A stretch of 54,431 nucleotides of DNA, from NCBI RefSeq assembly GCF_001194135.2, contig NC_068992.1, positions 14,416,292 through 14,470,722 of the forward strand, given 5' to 3'. Positions 35,290 through 47,408 of the stretch are shown piece by piece. Under the pieces are notes generated by a model. That model worked only from the letters and a program-made list of their open reading frames with translations, was not told the DNA's origin and ran no database searches. The stretch comes from Octopus bimaculoides. Taxonomy: Eukaryota. Positions within the stretch are counted from its first letter, which is position 1. The number at the start of each line of letters is the position of its first letter. The translations under genes were made by a program, and so were the position numbers.

Positions 35290-35800
35290 AGAACAACACA
35301 GGCAAATAGGACGGGGAGGAAGAAACAACACGAAGACCATGCGTTGGGTAACCTTTTCTTTTTACATACATAACATCACAGAATACATTTAAAACATTAG
35401 AATAGAGCATTACATAATAACAATTCCAATACATGGCATGACAGTTCAATAACGTTGACAAAGTTTCCAAACAATTACAAGCTTTTCAATCATTTTTACA
35501 TCGCAAAGTTCGTGTCTCAAATTTCATTTGACAACAAAGTTCTTCTGCTTCTTTCTTTTGTATTTCTTTTCTTTTCCTTTCTTTTAGAAGCATTTAACAA
35601 CACAGTTAACAACTCAGAGTTCTTTTTCTCTAAAATAATATAAAAGCATTTACCCCAACGAAGTTTGTTTCCTTCAGGTCTGCTACTTCCACTGACCAAG
35701 GCAGTCTGCCACTACAATTCCATCTCTCTCTGTCCCTCTCTCTCTCTCTCTGGGACTCTATGCGTTTCTGCTGGAACACACATACATATACTTACATATT

Positions 35801-36192
35801 CTTTTACACATTTCAGTCATTTGACTGAAGCCATGCTGGTGCACCACCTTAAAGGGTTTTAGTCAAAAGAAATCGACCCCAGGACTCATTCTTTGTAAGT
35901 TTAGTACTTATTCTATCGGTCTCTTCTGCTGGACTACTAAGTTACAGGGACTACACAGCAACATCGGTTGTTAAGTGATGGTGGTGGGCGGACAAAAACC
36001 CACACAAATGCACACACACACACACATATACGAAGAGCTTCTTTCAGTTTCTGTCTACCAAATCCACTCACAAGGCTTTGGTCGGTCCTATGCTCTAGTA
36101 GAAGACACTAGCCCAAGGTGCCACTCAGTGGGACTAAACCCGGAACCATGTAGTTGGGAAGCAAGCTTCTTACCACACAACCACTCCTGTAC
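35801..36192 (-). mobile_element. SINE family A
   Basis: Full head-to-tail match to the 12837 copy, with more substitutions. Confidence 0.9.
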
Positions 36193-36582
36193 ACGTAATA
36201 TATTTACGCACCTCTCTGACAACTCATGCATTTAAGATGGCATATTTCATGTGTTGCTAAATACAAAAGATTTAATACTTTTATGTATTGAATTTAGTCG
36301 GCCTAATGTTATTAACCTTCTTTGTATGTAGTAAAACCTACCTAAGTTTTAACAAAAGCTTTAAATGAAAATCAAAGTTGTTGAAAGTCTTGCTGACCTC
36401 ATGATATAAATGTTTTGATACTTGGCAAAATGTTTTGTCACTTTCAAAAATCTCTGTGGAAATTGAATTATGTCTTGCATCAAGCTGTCATATTTTTTCA
36501 TATTTGCCACATCACAGTGTCAGTTTTTTCATATTTATGTAAACATATTCAGACTAGTAAAAATCTGTTTGAAAAGAAATCA

Positions 36583-36800
36583 TTCATCATCATTTAGCGT
36601 CCATTGTCCATGTTGGCATGGGTTGGACGGTTTGAGCAGACCTGGTAAGGTGGAAAGCTGCACCAGACTTCAGTCTGATTTGGCGTGGTTTCTACAGGTG
36701 GATGCCCTTTCTAATGCCAACCACGCCAAGAGTGTAATGGGTGCTTTTACATGCCACAGGCATAAGTGCCATTTGCATGACACCGGTATCTGTCATGACT
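36583..36800 (-). mobile_element. RTE 3' tail fragment
   Basis: (CAT)n-TTAGCGTCC...GGATGCCCTTTCTAATGCCAACC. Confidence 0.8.
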
Positions 36801-36850
36801 GCTAGCTCACTACCTTTTGTAATAATAATAATAATAATAATGATGATGAC

Positions 36851-36895
<45 letters not shown>

Positions 36896-37313
36896 AAAGA
36901 ATATATATGTCACCATCATCATTTAACATCTGTTTTCCAAAATATATTATATGTCGATGCATGCACCCAAGTGTGTGCATTTATTCACATAAGAATCTCA
37001 GATAGAGAATTTTTAGAATGTCTTACAGGTATTCACTGTGCCACTTATAGATTGGATTTGGAGAATATCTGTCAGTTTCTTTTGCACTTTGCTCTGTGAA
37101 ACCGAGTGTATATGAATGCATACATTGTTCTACATTGTTTAGTCCCCAACATCATTGCTCAACAAACTGCTGGATTGAATTGTGAGCAAACCTGTGATAA
37201 AACATGCTCTAGCCATGGCCATCCCATCTTGTGTATGTGCGTATATGAAGGACTGCATTGTTCAATTTTCTTCTCATTAACATCCAAGGTAGTAGGATAA
37301 GTTATGAGGCAAA

Positions 37314-37950
37314 ACTGGGATCTGGGTGCTGTGTTGAGTAGGTTGAGGGACATCTCACTCCACCCTCAAAAATCTAGTGTTTGTTTCACCTTTATCTTCT
37401 CATCATCATCATCGTTTAACGTCTGCTTTCTATGCTAGTATGGGTTGGACGATTTGACTGAGGACTGGCGAACCAGAAGGCTGCACAAGGCTCCAATCTG
37501 ATCTGGCAGAGTTTCTACAGCTGGATGTCCTTCCTAACGCCAACCAATCCGAGAGTGTAGTGGGTGCTTTTATGTGCCACTGGCACGAGGGCCAGTCAGG
37601 TGGTACTGGCAACGGCCAGGTTCAAATGGTGTTTTTTACGTGCCACCTGCACAGGAGCCAGTCCAGTGGCACTGGCAACAACCTCGCTCGAATGTTTTTT
37701 CATGTGCCAGTAAGGTGACGCTGGTAACGATCAGCAAAATGTCCCACAAAAACAATACTTTGCATTGTGTACCTGTTATCAATGACAGACCTAAGGATTA
37801 CATTTACTACCAAAATATTTGATAATGATGACCTACAAAAGAACACAAAATATATCTCGCCACAGAAGATAAAGGTGAAACAGACACTAGATTTTTGAGG
37901 GTGGAGTGAGATGTCCCTCAACCTACTTAAAACGGCTCCCAGATCCCAGT
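37314..37950. mobile_element. Fold-back element with 87-bp inverted arms, interrupted by an RTE 3' tail (37401-~37720, minus strand)
   Basis: 37314-37400 versus 37864-37950 in reverse complement, about 5 mismatches. Confidence 0.85.
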
Positions 37951-38634
37951 ACCAGTTGATACTGGGATTGATGTAATCAACTAGTCCCCTTTCCAAAAAT
38001 TCATGGCTTGTGCTTTTAATAGAAAGGATTATTATTATTATCATCATCATCATCATCATCATCATCATTCGTATAGACACAACAAATTAGTCTGTTGGAA
38101 AAGAAAAATTCCTAACATTGGGCTACTGGGTTACAACAAGTAACCTTAGATGTCAAGAATCCTCCTAAGTATCCTGGCTGTCCTTAACAACACTGTTTTC
38201 TGGAGCTGTACTAAACTGAGGTTTATGCCTATTTCCTCTATTCCTCTGTTGTTGGTGTTGTTGTTATTATTATTATTAACAACTTTACTAATTGAATTTT
38301 CTATTTTTAATTTGCAGCAGACATAATGTAAAGCATCGTTTGTTGGTCATTTCCTGAAAAATCTTTCCATGCAGTGGAATAGAGAGAGACCTCTGCAGGC
38401 AACTAATGAACAATAAATAACAATTCCAGGAATATATTTTTAACCCTCAACTGTCTAGCAATGAAGGTTTGTAGTCATTTCTTGTCTTTTCTCTTATAGT
38501 AAATTTCAGCTATCCATGGGGTGGGGGCAAGGTTAATAATACAAGTTGCCATCACATACTGCAATTTGGGGGTTATTGTCTCTTCAATACCCTCTCCTCA
38601 CCAAAATGCATAGCATCATATATTTATACATCTG

Positions 38635-38662
38635 TCTGTCTGTCTATCTACCTGCCTATCTG

Positions 38663-38696
<34 letters not shown>

Positions 38697-38738
38697 AACC
38701 TATGTATTCATCCATCCATCCATCCATCCATCCATCTA
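38635..38738. repeat. (TCTG)n(TCTA)n(TCCA)n compound microsatellite
   Basis: Direct reading. Confidence 0.9.
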
Positions 38739-39279
38739 TGTTCAGAATTATTATGCAAAAGAATAGGGATTTTAAATCTAGGCAAATACCTTATGATTGC
38801 TCTGATAAAATCCTGACTTGGCTAACCGTGTTGAATGATAAGAAACATTTTCAATTGTTTAGAATAAACAGTTAAACTGTACTCTCTTCAATTAGTAAAT
38901 CCTGAGTTTTGCTTCAATAGATTTCATGTAGAATACAGAGTATATTATCAAGACATAATAATGAAGAATGGAGATTTATACATCTTTAAAATTTATTTAA
39001 TAAGAATATGTTTTCTTCATATGAACATCTCCCACCCTTATGGGAAACACCTTGAATAAAGCTGTGTAGGATTGTCAACCTTTGGATTAGAACTTGCACT
39101 ACAATTGATTTAATATATATCAATTGAATGCACAAAACTATCATATCAAAGGACCCCAAGACACTTATTCAACAGAAACATGAGTCGGTATGTTATATGA
39201 AAAGAATGGCTTTTATTGAATAAATTTGAAAGATGTATAATTTGAAAGATGTATAATTTGAAAGATGTATAATATGCAA

Positions 39280-39528
39280 AATTTAGGTCAGTTGAAATAT
39301 GTTTGCCACACATTTCAACTGCTAAAGGCAAATACACTGCAGTTACTGTGGAGAAAAAATCTCTTATGGTAAAAAGGTCTGAGATTCCCGAGAGAGGGTG
39401 ACACTGAACGAACTGGGTGTTTTCACTACTTTTTACCATAAGAGAGATTTTTTTCTCCATAGTAACTGCAGTGTATTTGCCTTTAGCAGTTGAAATGTGT
39501 GGCAAACATATTTCAACTAACCTAAATT
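39280..39528. mobile_element. Palindromic MITE-like element (~97-100-bp arms, 52-nt loop)
   Basis: 39280-39376 versus 39429-39528: 2 substitutions and 2 small indels. Each arm holds its own AGTTGAAAT/ATTTCAACT hairpin. Preceded by three copies of TTGAAAGATGTATAAT. Confidence 0.9.
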
Positions 39529-39591
39529 GTGATTATACGTAAACACTGCTTAGCGCCATTACTTCAATATATATATATATATATATATATA

Positions 39592-39905
39592 GGTCTTCTC
39601 AAGCACAGCACATTGCCCGACAGTTGGAGGGAACCATTAAATGGGCTGGTTATGCGACACTGGCAAAGGCCATAGCTACAATCTCACTTAACTTGCTGGG
39701 TTGTCTCAAGCACAGTATATCTCGGTCGCTTGTCATTGCCTCAGTGAGGCCCAACATTCGAAGGTCGTGCTTCACCACCTCATCCCCACTCTGTATATAT
39801 TTACCACACTCTCTGATTCTTTCCTCTAAATGTACATCTCTCATGCATGCTACTCTCTACTCTCTCTCTCTCTTCCTTGGTATGGTTTCCTGTTTGAGGA
39901 CCACT
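39592..39905 (-). mobile_element. RTE C-terminus / proximal 3' UTR fragment
   Basis: VVKHDLRMLGLTEAMTSDR, same as 19850-19910. A further copy lies at ~52500-52885. Confidence 0.85.
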
Positions 39906-41055
39906 TTCTCCCTCTCTACCCGCACCTCCATCCCAGAGGCCTTGGTGAAGGGTCATGGGTATTGGTTTCCCTCCTGACTAAAAAAGATGAAAAAAAAAAT
40001 CTTAAATTAAGAAATATCTCACGGGTAAAAAAGACAGGATGGTCACCACTGGAATGTCTTTGATCATAGGTCTGTTGGTTCAGGCCTGATCTGGCACCGA
40101 AAATAACTTTGGACATGGTTCCATGAAAACAAAAGTTTTAATAGTTGACCTCACGCCATATCCACTCTGCCACCCAGTGAATAATTATTGTTCACTTAGA
40201 GTTTTTTTTTTAGAAATAAGACAATTGAATTTGTTTTCATGAAGAACCTGAAACAAGAATTTTCCATATATGGTGTTTGATTTTCACTCCTTTAAGTCCA
40301 AAGCATCTAGTTTCCAATCAGACCTTTCTCTTTGCTTGCTAGGTTTTGTTTTAAACTCATCAGTAGATAAAAACAAACAAAAATAAAGTTGATCAATAAG
40401 ATCAGTTTAACAGGAATTGACTTGTATTGATTTCTTTCTGTCTCATTTTTTTTTCTTCTCCCGTGTGCTTTTTTTTTTTTCACACAACATATTCAGAATT
40501 ATTTCAGTAGATAATTTAGTTTCTGTTGAATGTCAAAGTGAAATATGTGTTAATAATTCCCCATTTGCTGCATTAAATTAACTTAAGTATAGAAATTGAT
40601 ATTAGTGAAATGTTATTGTATGTTGTCTGTTTTGATCTATCTGTTCCTTGGCATTTTTGGCTGTTTTTTTTTTCCTTTGTCAGATGAATGTTTAAAAAAA
40701 AAAAAAAAAAAAGCTAGAAAAGCATTGAAAAGGAAAGTAACTAAATGCATATGCGGTTTCCTCTTAATCAAAAGCTGTTCCATACAAAAATGAAAATTAT
40801 TGCTTATCTATTTGGCTGTTTGCCTTGATAACATCCAATAGGGAGAACAGGAGTGGCTGCTACCTGACTGAAATATTGTGATTTTTTTTCTCCTTCTCTT
40901 AGCAGCAAGATTTGACACATAAGTATTTTGTGTTTTTGTTACCTACATTTGATTAGGCTATTGAGACAATTGGCACCTTCACACTTGCTATTATCTTTCT
41001 CAAATTCTGATAAGGAAAAACAAGCAAACTGACTTAACTCTGTGAGTATCTAAGG

Positions 41056-41396
41056 CAGTGTTTCTCAACCTGGGTGTTCCCCAGAACCCTAGGGGTTCTG
41101 TGAGAAAGAGTGAGAGGAGCTAATGTTAATTTCATGATCGTAATATTACTATACATGCACAACATATTATTGGCTATTGTAATATTGTAATATAGACATC
41201 ATCCTAGCTAACCTATTATGTTATCAAAAAAATATAACAACTATATATATATATATATATATGATTTTTATCACATGAACTGTGATGAAAACAATATGAG
41301 AAAGATATGGTACATAATTTTTTTCATGCAGGGGTTCTTTGAGACATGCAATTTATTTTAAGAGTTATGCAAGGGTAAAAAGGTTGAGAAACACTG
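41056..41396. mobile_element. hAT (Charlie-like) MITE
   Basis: Perfect 15-bp TIR CAGTGTTTCTCAACC/GGTTGAGAAACACTG; 8-bp flanks ATCTAAGG and CTCTAAGA (6/8 match, decayed TSD). Confidence 0.85.
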
Positions 41397-42689
41397 CTCT
41401 AAGAGAAGACTTTGTTGGGGTGGGTCGGTGGTAGTGGTACGGGTGGGGTTAACTGCTATTTACGAGAACAAAATACAAACAAATTTAGTTACCCAGTCAT
41501 CAGCTGTGTGATTCTGACGATAATTCTTTCTAATTTAGGCAAAAGAACAAAAACTTTAGGGGCTGGGGTTTGGGGGCGGGTGGTGGGTAGTTAAATCAAC
41601 CCTAGTATGTGACTGGTACTTTATTTTGTCAACACTGAAGGGATGAAAGTGAAAGTTTGACCTCAGTGGGATTTCAGTTCAGAAGGCAAAGAACTAGAAG
41701 AAATGCTGGGAAAAGTTGGGTTTTTTTTTCTAATGCTCTAATGTTTCTGCCAGATTACTACCTTCTGATCCTGATGATAATAATTCTTTCTGTTATAAGC
41801 ACAATCCTTGAAATTGTGGAGGGAGGGGGCTTGTCAATTACATTGACCCCCCCAGTGCTCAACTGGTACTTATTTTTATCATCACCCCTGAGAGGATGAA
41901 AGGAAAGTTGACCTCAGTGGATAACTTTGAGAGGTTTCAGCTAGTATAGGCCCAGGCCATGTCTAACAGCACAGAATATAAAACTGGTAGAAAGCTGCTG
42001 TTTTTTTTTGTCTGGCAATCTAATGATTCTGTCAGCTCACCTTCTTGATGACAATACTAATAATGTTTTCTGACTTTTGGCAAGTGGTATTTCGAACACA
42101 GTATTGCCTGTGTCTCGGGGGATGTGGGTTCAACTCCCATGGCTGTTTGTTGACAACTCTTTTGAACTTGTAAGGATAATAATACCCAATTTTTCTGCTG
42201 TTTTAACAGTGATACTGCATTCGATATGTCAATTTCTTATTTGTATCATACAATACACATTCAACGCATCTAAAAAACAAATGCATACACATGTGGTTGT
42301 TACATTATCCATTTATATTTAATGTCAGAACATCCCACTTACTGTGTATCCCTGTTTTAGGATATATATATGCACCTTGTGACAGTGTGTGTTATAAGTG
42401 GCAACTAAAAGTGTTAGTGATAGGAAGAGCATCCAGTCATAAATCATTGTCTGAGAAAATCCAAGTCATGCCAGCACAGAAAAGCAGAAAGATGATGACG
42501 ACAACAATGATGATGATGATGATGATGATAACAATGTCAATGATGATAAAAAACGGTGAAGAACTATTCCTCCATGGAATTTTTCTCCTGTAGCCATATG
42601 GTAGACAAACAGGCTCCTTTGTAGCCGACTGAGACAGACTGACAGATCAATCAATCAACCAAACAATAAGCTTTACAAACAGAGATAAC

Positions 42690-42860
42690 TGTGCACAGAG
42701 AGAGAGAGGGAGAGACAGAATGAGAAGAGAGAGAGGGAGAGACAGAAGGGGAAGAGAGAGGGAGAGACAGAATGGGAAGAGAGAGAGGGAGAGACAGAAG
42801 AGGAAGAGAGAGAGAGTGAGGGGGAAAAGACAGACAAAGAGAGAGAGATGGAGACAGAGA
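42690..42860. repeat. GA-rich ~26-bp tandem repeat (about 4 units plus decay)
   Basis: GAGAGAGAGGGAGAGACAGAA(TGAG/GGGG/TGGG/GAGG)AA units. Confidence 0.85.
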
Positions 42861-43139
42861 GACCGATAAAACTAGCAAAATGGTACAAGAATGAACCTGG
42901 CACAATCTGCATTAAAATCGGGGTGGGTGGGTTATTTTGGGGGTTTTTTTCCCCTTAATCTGTGTAGTCTCTGCAATTATAAGAAACAGCAGCTTAATCA
43001 CCCTCAAACCATTTTCCACTTTCTTGTAAAAGGACATGTCAGATAATGTAACTCATGGAGTGTTGTTTCTTGAAGCAAAAACAAACATCTTTTTCCACCT
43101 TTTTCTGTTGATTTAATGGTGATACTGCGTGGCCTTTGC

Positions 43140-43360
43140 CTTTGCCAGTAAGACATCTGAGCAAGATCGTTGCCAGTGCCCCTGGACTGGCCCTTATGCA
43201 GGTGGCACGTAAAATACACCATTTCGAGCGTGACTGTTGCTAGTACCCGCCTGACTGGCCCTCGTGCCGGTGGCACGTAAAAGCACCCACTACACTCTCA
43301 GAGTAGTTGGCGTTAGGAAGGGCATCCAGCTGTAGAAACTCTGCCAAACCAGATTGGAGC
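43140..43360 (+). mobile_element. RTE 3' tail fragment, 3'-truncated
   Basis: GTGGCACGTAAAA units and GTTGGCGTTAGGAAGGGCATCCAGCTGTAGAAAC; abuts the inverted repeat copy at 43359. Confidence 0.85.
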
Positions 43361-43861
43361 AATTTAGAATACCTAAAACATATATAAATTAGATATTCAT
43401 GGCAATAATAATTCAAAGATAAGATAGCTCCTTTTTTTTGTCATATGTTTGAAATGTAGCTATGCTGTGATCTTGATATTACAAAAATTAATTTGTGCCA
43501 AGGCTAAGCTTGATAACAAAATTATTGCAAATTGTAGGTGGATGAATTTTAAATTTCCAAATACAAAAATCATGAAAACGGTTGTTTGAGATGTGTAAAT
43601 ATTTGATGTACACTAAACATCGATTTGCTGTTTTGCAATGATTAGTTGTCCCAGAATCTAAAGTGGGTGTGAATGAATGGAGTGCATATAATGTATAGGG
43701 AGTACTTAATTATCAACATGTTAATTGTTCTCATAACTGTAATGACACAGAACTACGTATGATAAAAATTAAAGCTTTCTGGCAATTGTTTAATAAGCCA
43801 TACAAAGAATGCAAGGCAGCCACTGTCAATAAAGGAAGATCCACATAGATGAATGCTTATA
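43359..43861 (-). repeat. Unclassified ~500-bp repeat, copy 2 (inverted relative to 28736-29246); runs into the N gap
   Basis: Reverse complement aligns to 28736-29246. Confidence 0.9.
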
Positions 43862-44192
43862 NNNNNNNNNNNNNNNNNNNNNNNNNNNNNNNNNNNNNNN
43901 NNNNNNNNNNNNNNNNNNNNNNNNNNNNNNNNNNNNNNNNNNNNNNNNNNNNNNNNNNNNNNNNNNNNNNNGTTATGAGAGATAATGGTGTGAATAAGAC
44001 CCAAAGGTGTCAGGTAATGCTGAATAAGTGCTATGGACAGACCGTAGTTAAGCTCCAGGTTCGGTGATTATGCAAGTAAGGAGTCCAACGTAGCTCATAT
44101 ATCAGCATGTGTATATATAAAAATTTATTTTTTTTAGAATGAGATAAAAAAAACCAAGGCTGTGAAGATTTTAGAACATTTATAAATAGAAG

Positions 44193-44239
44193 GTCTTACA
44201 GCTGTTTCTGAGATATTTTTATATCCCTTCATTAGAGAC
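44193..44239 (-). ncRNA. Minimal type I hammerhead ribozyme motif (Penelope-type) with G5A change
   Basis: Minus strand: GTCT CTAATGA AGGGATAT AAAA ATATCTC A GAAA C AGCT G TA AGAC = stem I, CUGAUGA with one substitution, 7-bp stem II, GAAA, palindromic minimal stem III, GUA cleavage triplet. Confidence 0.65.
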
Positions 44240-44759
44240 AGTGTGAGAAAATGGTTAAGCAATGGTTAATTTAGATAAGATATGAAGTAGAGAGTGAAGT
44301 GGTGGAATGAAAATAGATGTGAGATATGCAGGGATATTGCTTTTGTAGATCTATTATTTAGGCAGAATGGTATACATATAAGATTCCAATATCTTGTGAG
44401 TAAATTCCAGTAATGATGTAAATGTAGGGAATATATTTGTAAGGTCAAATCGAAAACAGGAAGAGAGGAATAAAGAAAAAAGAAAAAGAAAAGCAAGGAG
44501 AGAGATAATAAAGAGATAAAGAGAGGGAAAGTGTACCAGTTAGTGGTCAGTCAAGATAAATTGATAGGAGAGGTGAGGGTGATAGAGAGAGAAAGATATG
44601 AAGGTGTAAAAAGATGATAGGGTAAAGAGGAATGGGGGTGTTAAAAAAGAGAGAGAGGTATAATAGTGTAAAAAGAAAAGGAGTGTCAGGTATGTAGTGA
44701 TAGAGCCTAAGTGATGGAGCAGAGAGAGTGGGTAAGGGTAGTAATATGGNNNNNNNNNN

Positions 44760-44799
<40 letters not shown>

Positions 44800-45349
44800 A
44801 TGTATATCATCATCATCATCATCAATGTCTGTTTTCCATTCTGGCCTGGGTTGGACGGTTCGACTGAGGACTGGTGGACCAGGAGGCGACATATATACAC
44901 ACATGCACACACACATGCACACACATCATGAACTAACTGTTACTCTCTCAGATGCAACACCAAGTTTTAACAGTGAATAGGTTGCAATGAAAATTAAATG
45001 TTGAAGTGGAACTAACGATTTTGGGGTTTTCTTGAATGGCTTACAAATTATCTTCCATGGTGCAATTATTTTTGTTTCAACACATGATCTCAGATCAAGT
45101 CGCTTGATATGCAAGTACATCTCCGATATATTAATTGTTTACATAATAGTGTTATAGATAATTATTTTGTGTTATTCTGTCCAAGTATCTATTAGTGTTA
45201 GTTCACTTCTGATGAACATGTTAAAACATATCTCTACCTTGTTTACAAAGTATGGGGTAAGTAATTTAATGAGGTGAGGTGTAGATAAGATAGTTGACAG
45301 CTGCTACATGATTTTTAGTTTTCTTAGGAACGAGCCTGAGTAGACATTC

Positions 45350-47340
45350 TACAATAATTAATTCACAGGAAAAGGAGAATCCTGTATTGCTGATGTTTTT
45401 CTTTTTATCGCCTGTTCAGCAGTGGTTTGTAATTTCTTATAAATGTACTATGATGGTGTGCGAAGACAAGAAATTTGAGAGATTAGACTTTCACACGTGT
45501 TCAGATGGTCACTAAATGGAAGTTGTCAAGTTTTGAGATCGAGTATTTGTTGACAAAGAATATTTAATCTCATTCTTAAAATGAGTTTGGTTTGTCTAAA
45601 ATGATCTCCCTGCATCCTCTTTTTTCTTTTTTTTACTTGTTTCAGTCATTTGACTGCGGCCATGCTGGAGCACTGCTTTTAGTCGAGCAAATGGACCCCA
45701 GGACTTATTCTTTGTAAGCCTAGTACTTATTCTATTGGTCTCTTTTGCCGAATCGCTAAGTTGCGGGAACGTAAACATACCAGCATCGGTTGTCAAGCGA
45801 TGTTGGAGGGACAAACACAAACACATATATACATATACATATATATACGACGGGCTTCTTTCAGTTTCCGTCTACCAAATCCACTCACAAGGCTTTGGTC
45901 GGCCCGAGGCAATACTAGAAGACACTTGCCCAAGGTGCCACGCAGTGGGACTGAACCCAGAACCATGTAGTTGGTAAGCAAGCTACTTACCACACAGCCA
46001 CTCCATTGAATTTGCTTGCATATATCAAATTTTTTTGAAGAACAAGTAAAATGGCTTTTCACAGTGAAAACTTGTTCTGATTTAAATTTATAAGTTGTCC
46101 TCTGTAAAGTTTTCACAATTGGATCAGCCACACATTTTAACTGTTGGAGTTGAGTCTGTAGTTGGTAGCTTTGTTTTTTTTTTTATTTTAGTTGCCTTTT
46201 GCATTTGATTTATTTGTATGATTCCGGTACCTTTTTCCATTCTTGGGTCTTGGCTCAATAACAACCTAAAGATAGTTTTGGGTGTGTCTGAACTGTTTTT
46301 TATCTTTTCATAATTCTTCAATGTCTTGCTTTGGTGCATTGTATTCCATTCCCTATTAGAATAGGCAGGTATTTTCTTTGAAGTAGTGCCTGTTTTAATT
46401 CAAGGAGTCTTTTAGTTTGAACATTCAGATTGGAGACAGTTGTTGCGATTGTTCTAGCTAGGTTAAATGGAATATTGGATTTGGTATGTTTTGGGTGGTA
46501 TGAAGAAAACTGTAGGTACCGTTTAGAATCTGTTTTTTTTTTTTTTTTTTTNNNNNNNNNNNNNNNNNNNNNNNNNNNNNNNNNNNNNNNNNNNNNNNNN
46601 NNNNNNNNNNNNNNNNNNNNNNNNNNNNNNNNNNNNNNNNNNNNNNNNNNNNNNNNNNNNNNNNNNNNNNNNNNNNNNNNNNNNNNNNNNNNNNNNNNNN
46701 NNNNNNNNNNNNNNNNNNNNNNNNNNNNNNNNNNNNNNNNNNNNNNNNNNNNNNNNNNNNNNNNNNNNNNNNNNNNNNNNNNNNNNNNNNNNNNNNNNNN
46801 NNNNNNNNNNNNNNNNNNNNNNNNNNNNNNNNNNNNNNNNNNNNNNNNNNNNNNNNNNNNNNNNNNNNNNNNNNNNNNNNNNNNNNNNNNNNNNNNNNNN
46901 NNNNNNNNNNNNNNNNNNNNNNNNNNNNNNNNNNNNNNNNNNNNNNNNNNNNNNNNNNNNNNNNNNNNNNNNNNNNNNNNNNNNNNNNNNNNNNNNNNNN
47001 NNNNNNNNNNNNNNNNNNNNNNNNNNNNNNNNNNNNNNNNNNNNNNNNNNNNNNNNNNNNNNNNNNNNNNNNNNNNNNNNNNNNNNNNNNNNNNNNNNNN
47101 NNNNNNNNNNNNNNNNNNNNNNNNNNNNNNNNNNNNNNNNNNNNNNNNNNNNNNNNNNNNNNNNNNNNNNNNNNNNNNNNNNNNNNNNNNNNNNNNNNNN
47201 NNNNNNNNNNNNNNNNNNNNNNNNNNNNNNNNNNNNNNNNNNNCTTGCTGCTTATTTTGATTTTAATCATCTTACTTTAAAATTGTATGGATAATACTGT
47301 ACTAAATTCTGGTACCTCAATGTAAGTACCATATTCATCT
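45350..47340 (-). mobile_element. Penelope-like element: RT C-terminal half plus GIY-YIG, interrupted by a SINE and an N gap
   Basis: KTDSKRYLQFSSY.PKHTKSNIPFNLARTIATTVS...RLLELKQALLQRKY (46530-46350); VKSHFTCSSK..IYA..Q | SINE | RGC...RQTKL.LRMRL...QQILD...LPFSDHLNTC (~45600-45480). Confidence 0.85.
45619..46004 (-). mobile_element. SINE family A inserted into the Penelope GIY-YIG coding region
   Basis: Full head-to-tail match; the host reading resumes on both sides. Confidence 0.92.
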
Positions 47341-47372
47341 GAATCTAAATTTTTGCTATATATATATTTATA

Positions 47373-47408
<36 letters not shown>

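Noticed and set aside
41559-41587. G-quadruplex motif GGGG-CT-GGGG-TTT-GGGGG-C-GGG
   Set aside because: The pattern is real but adjoins SINE-variant sequence in low-complexity DNA, with no evidence of function.
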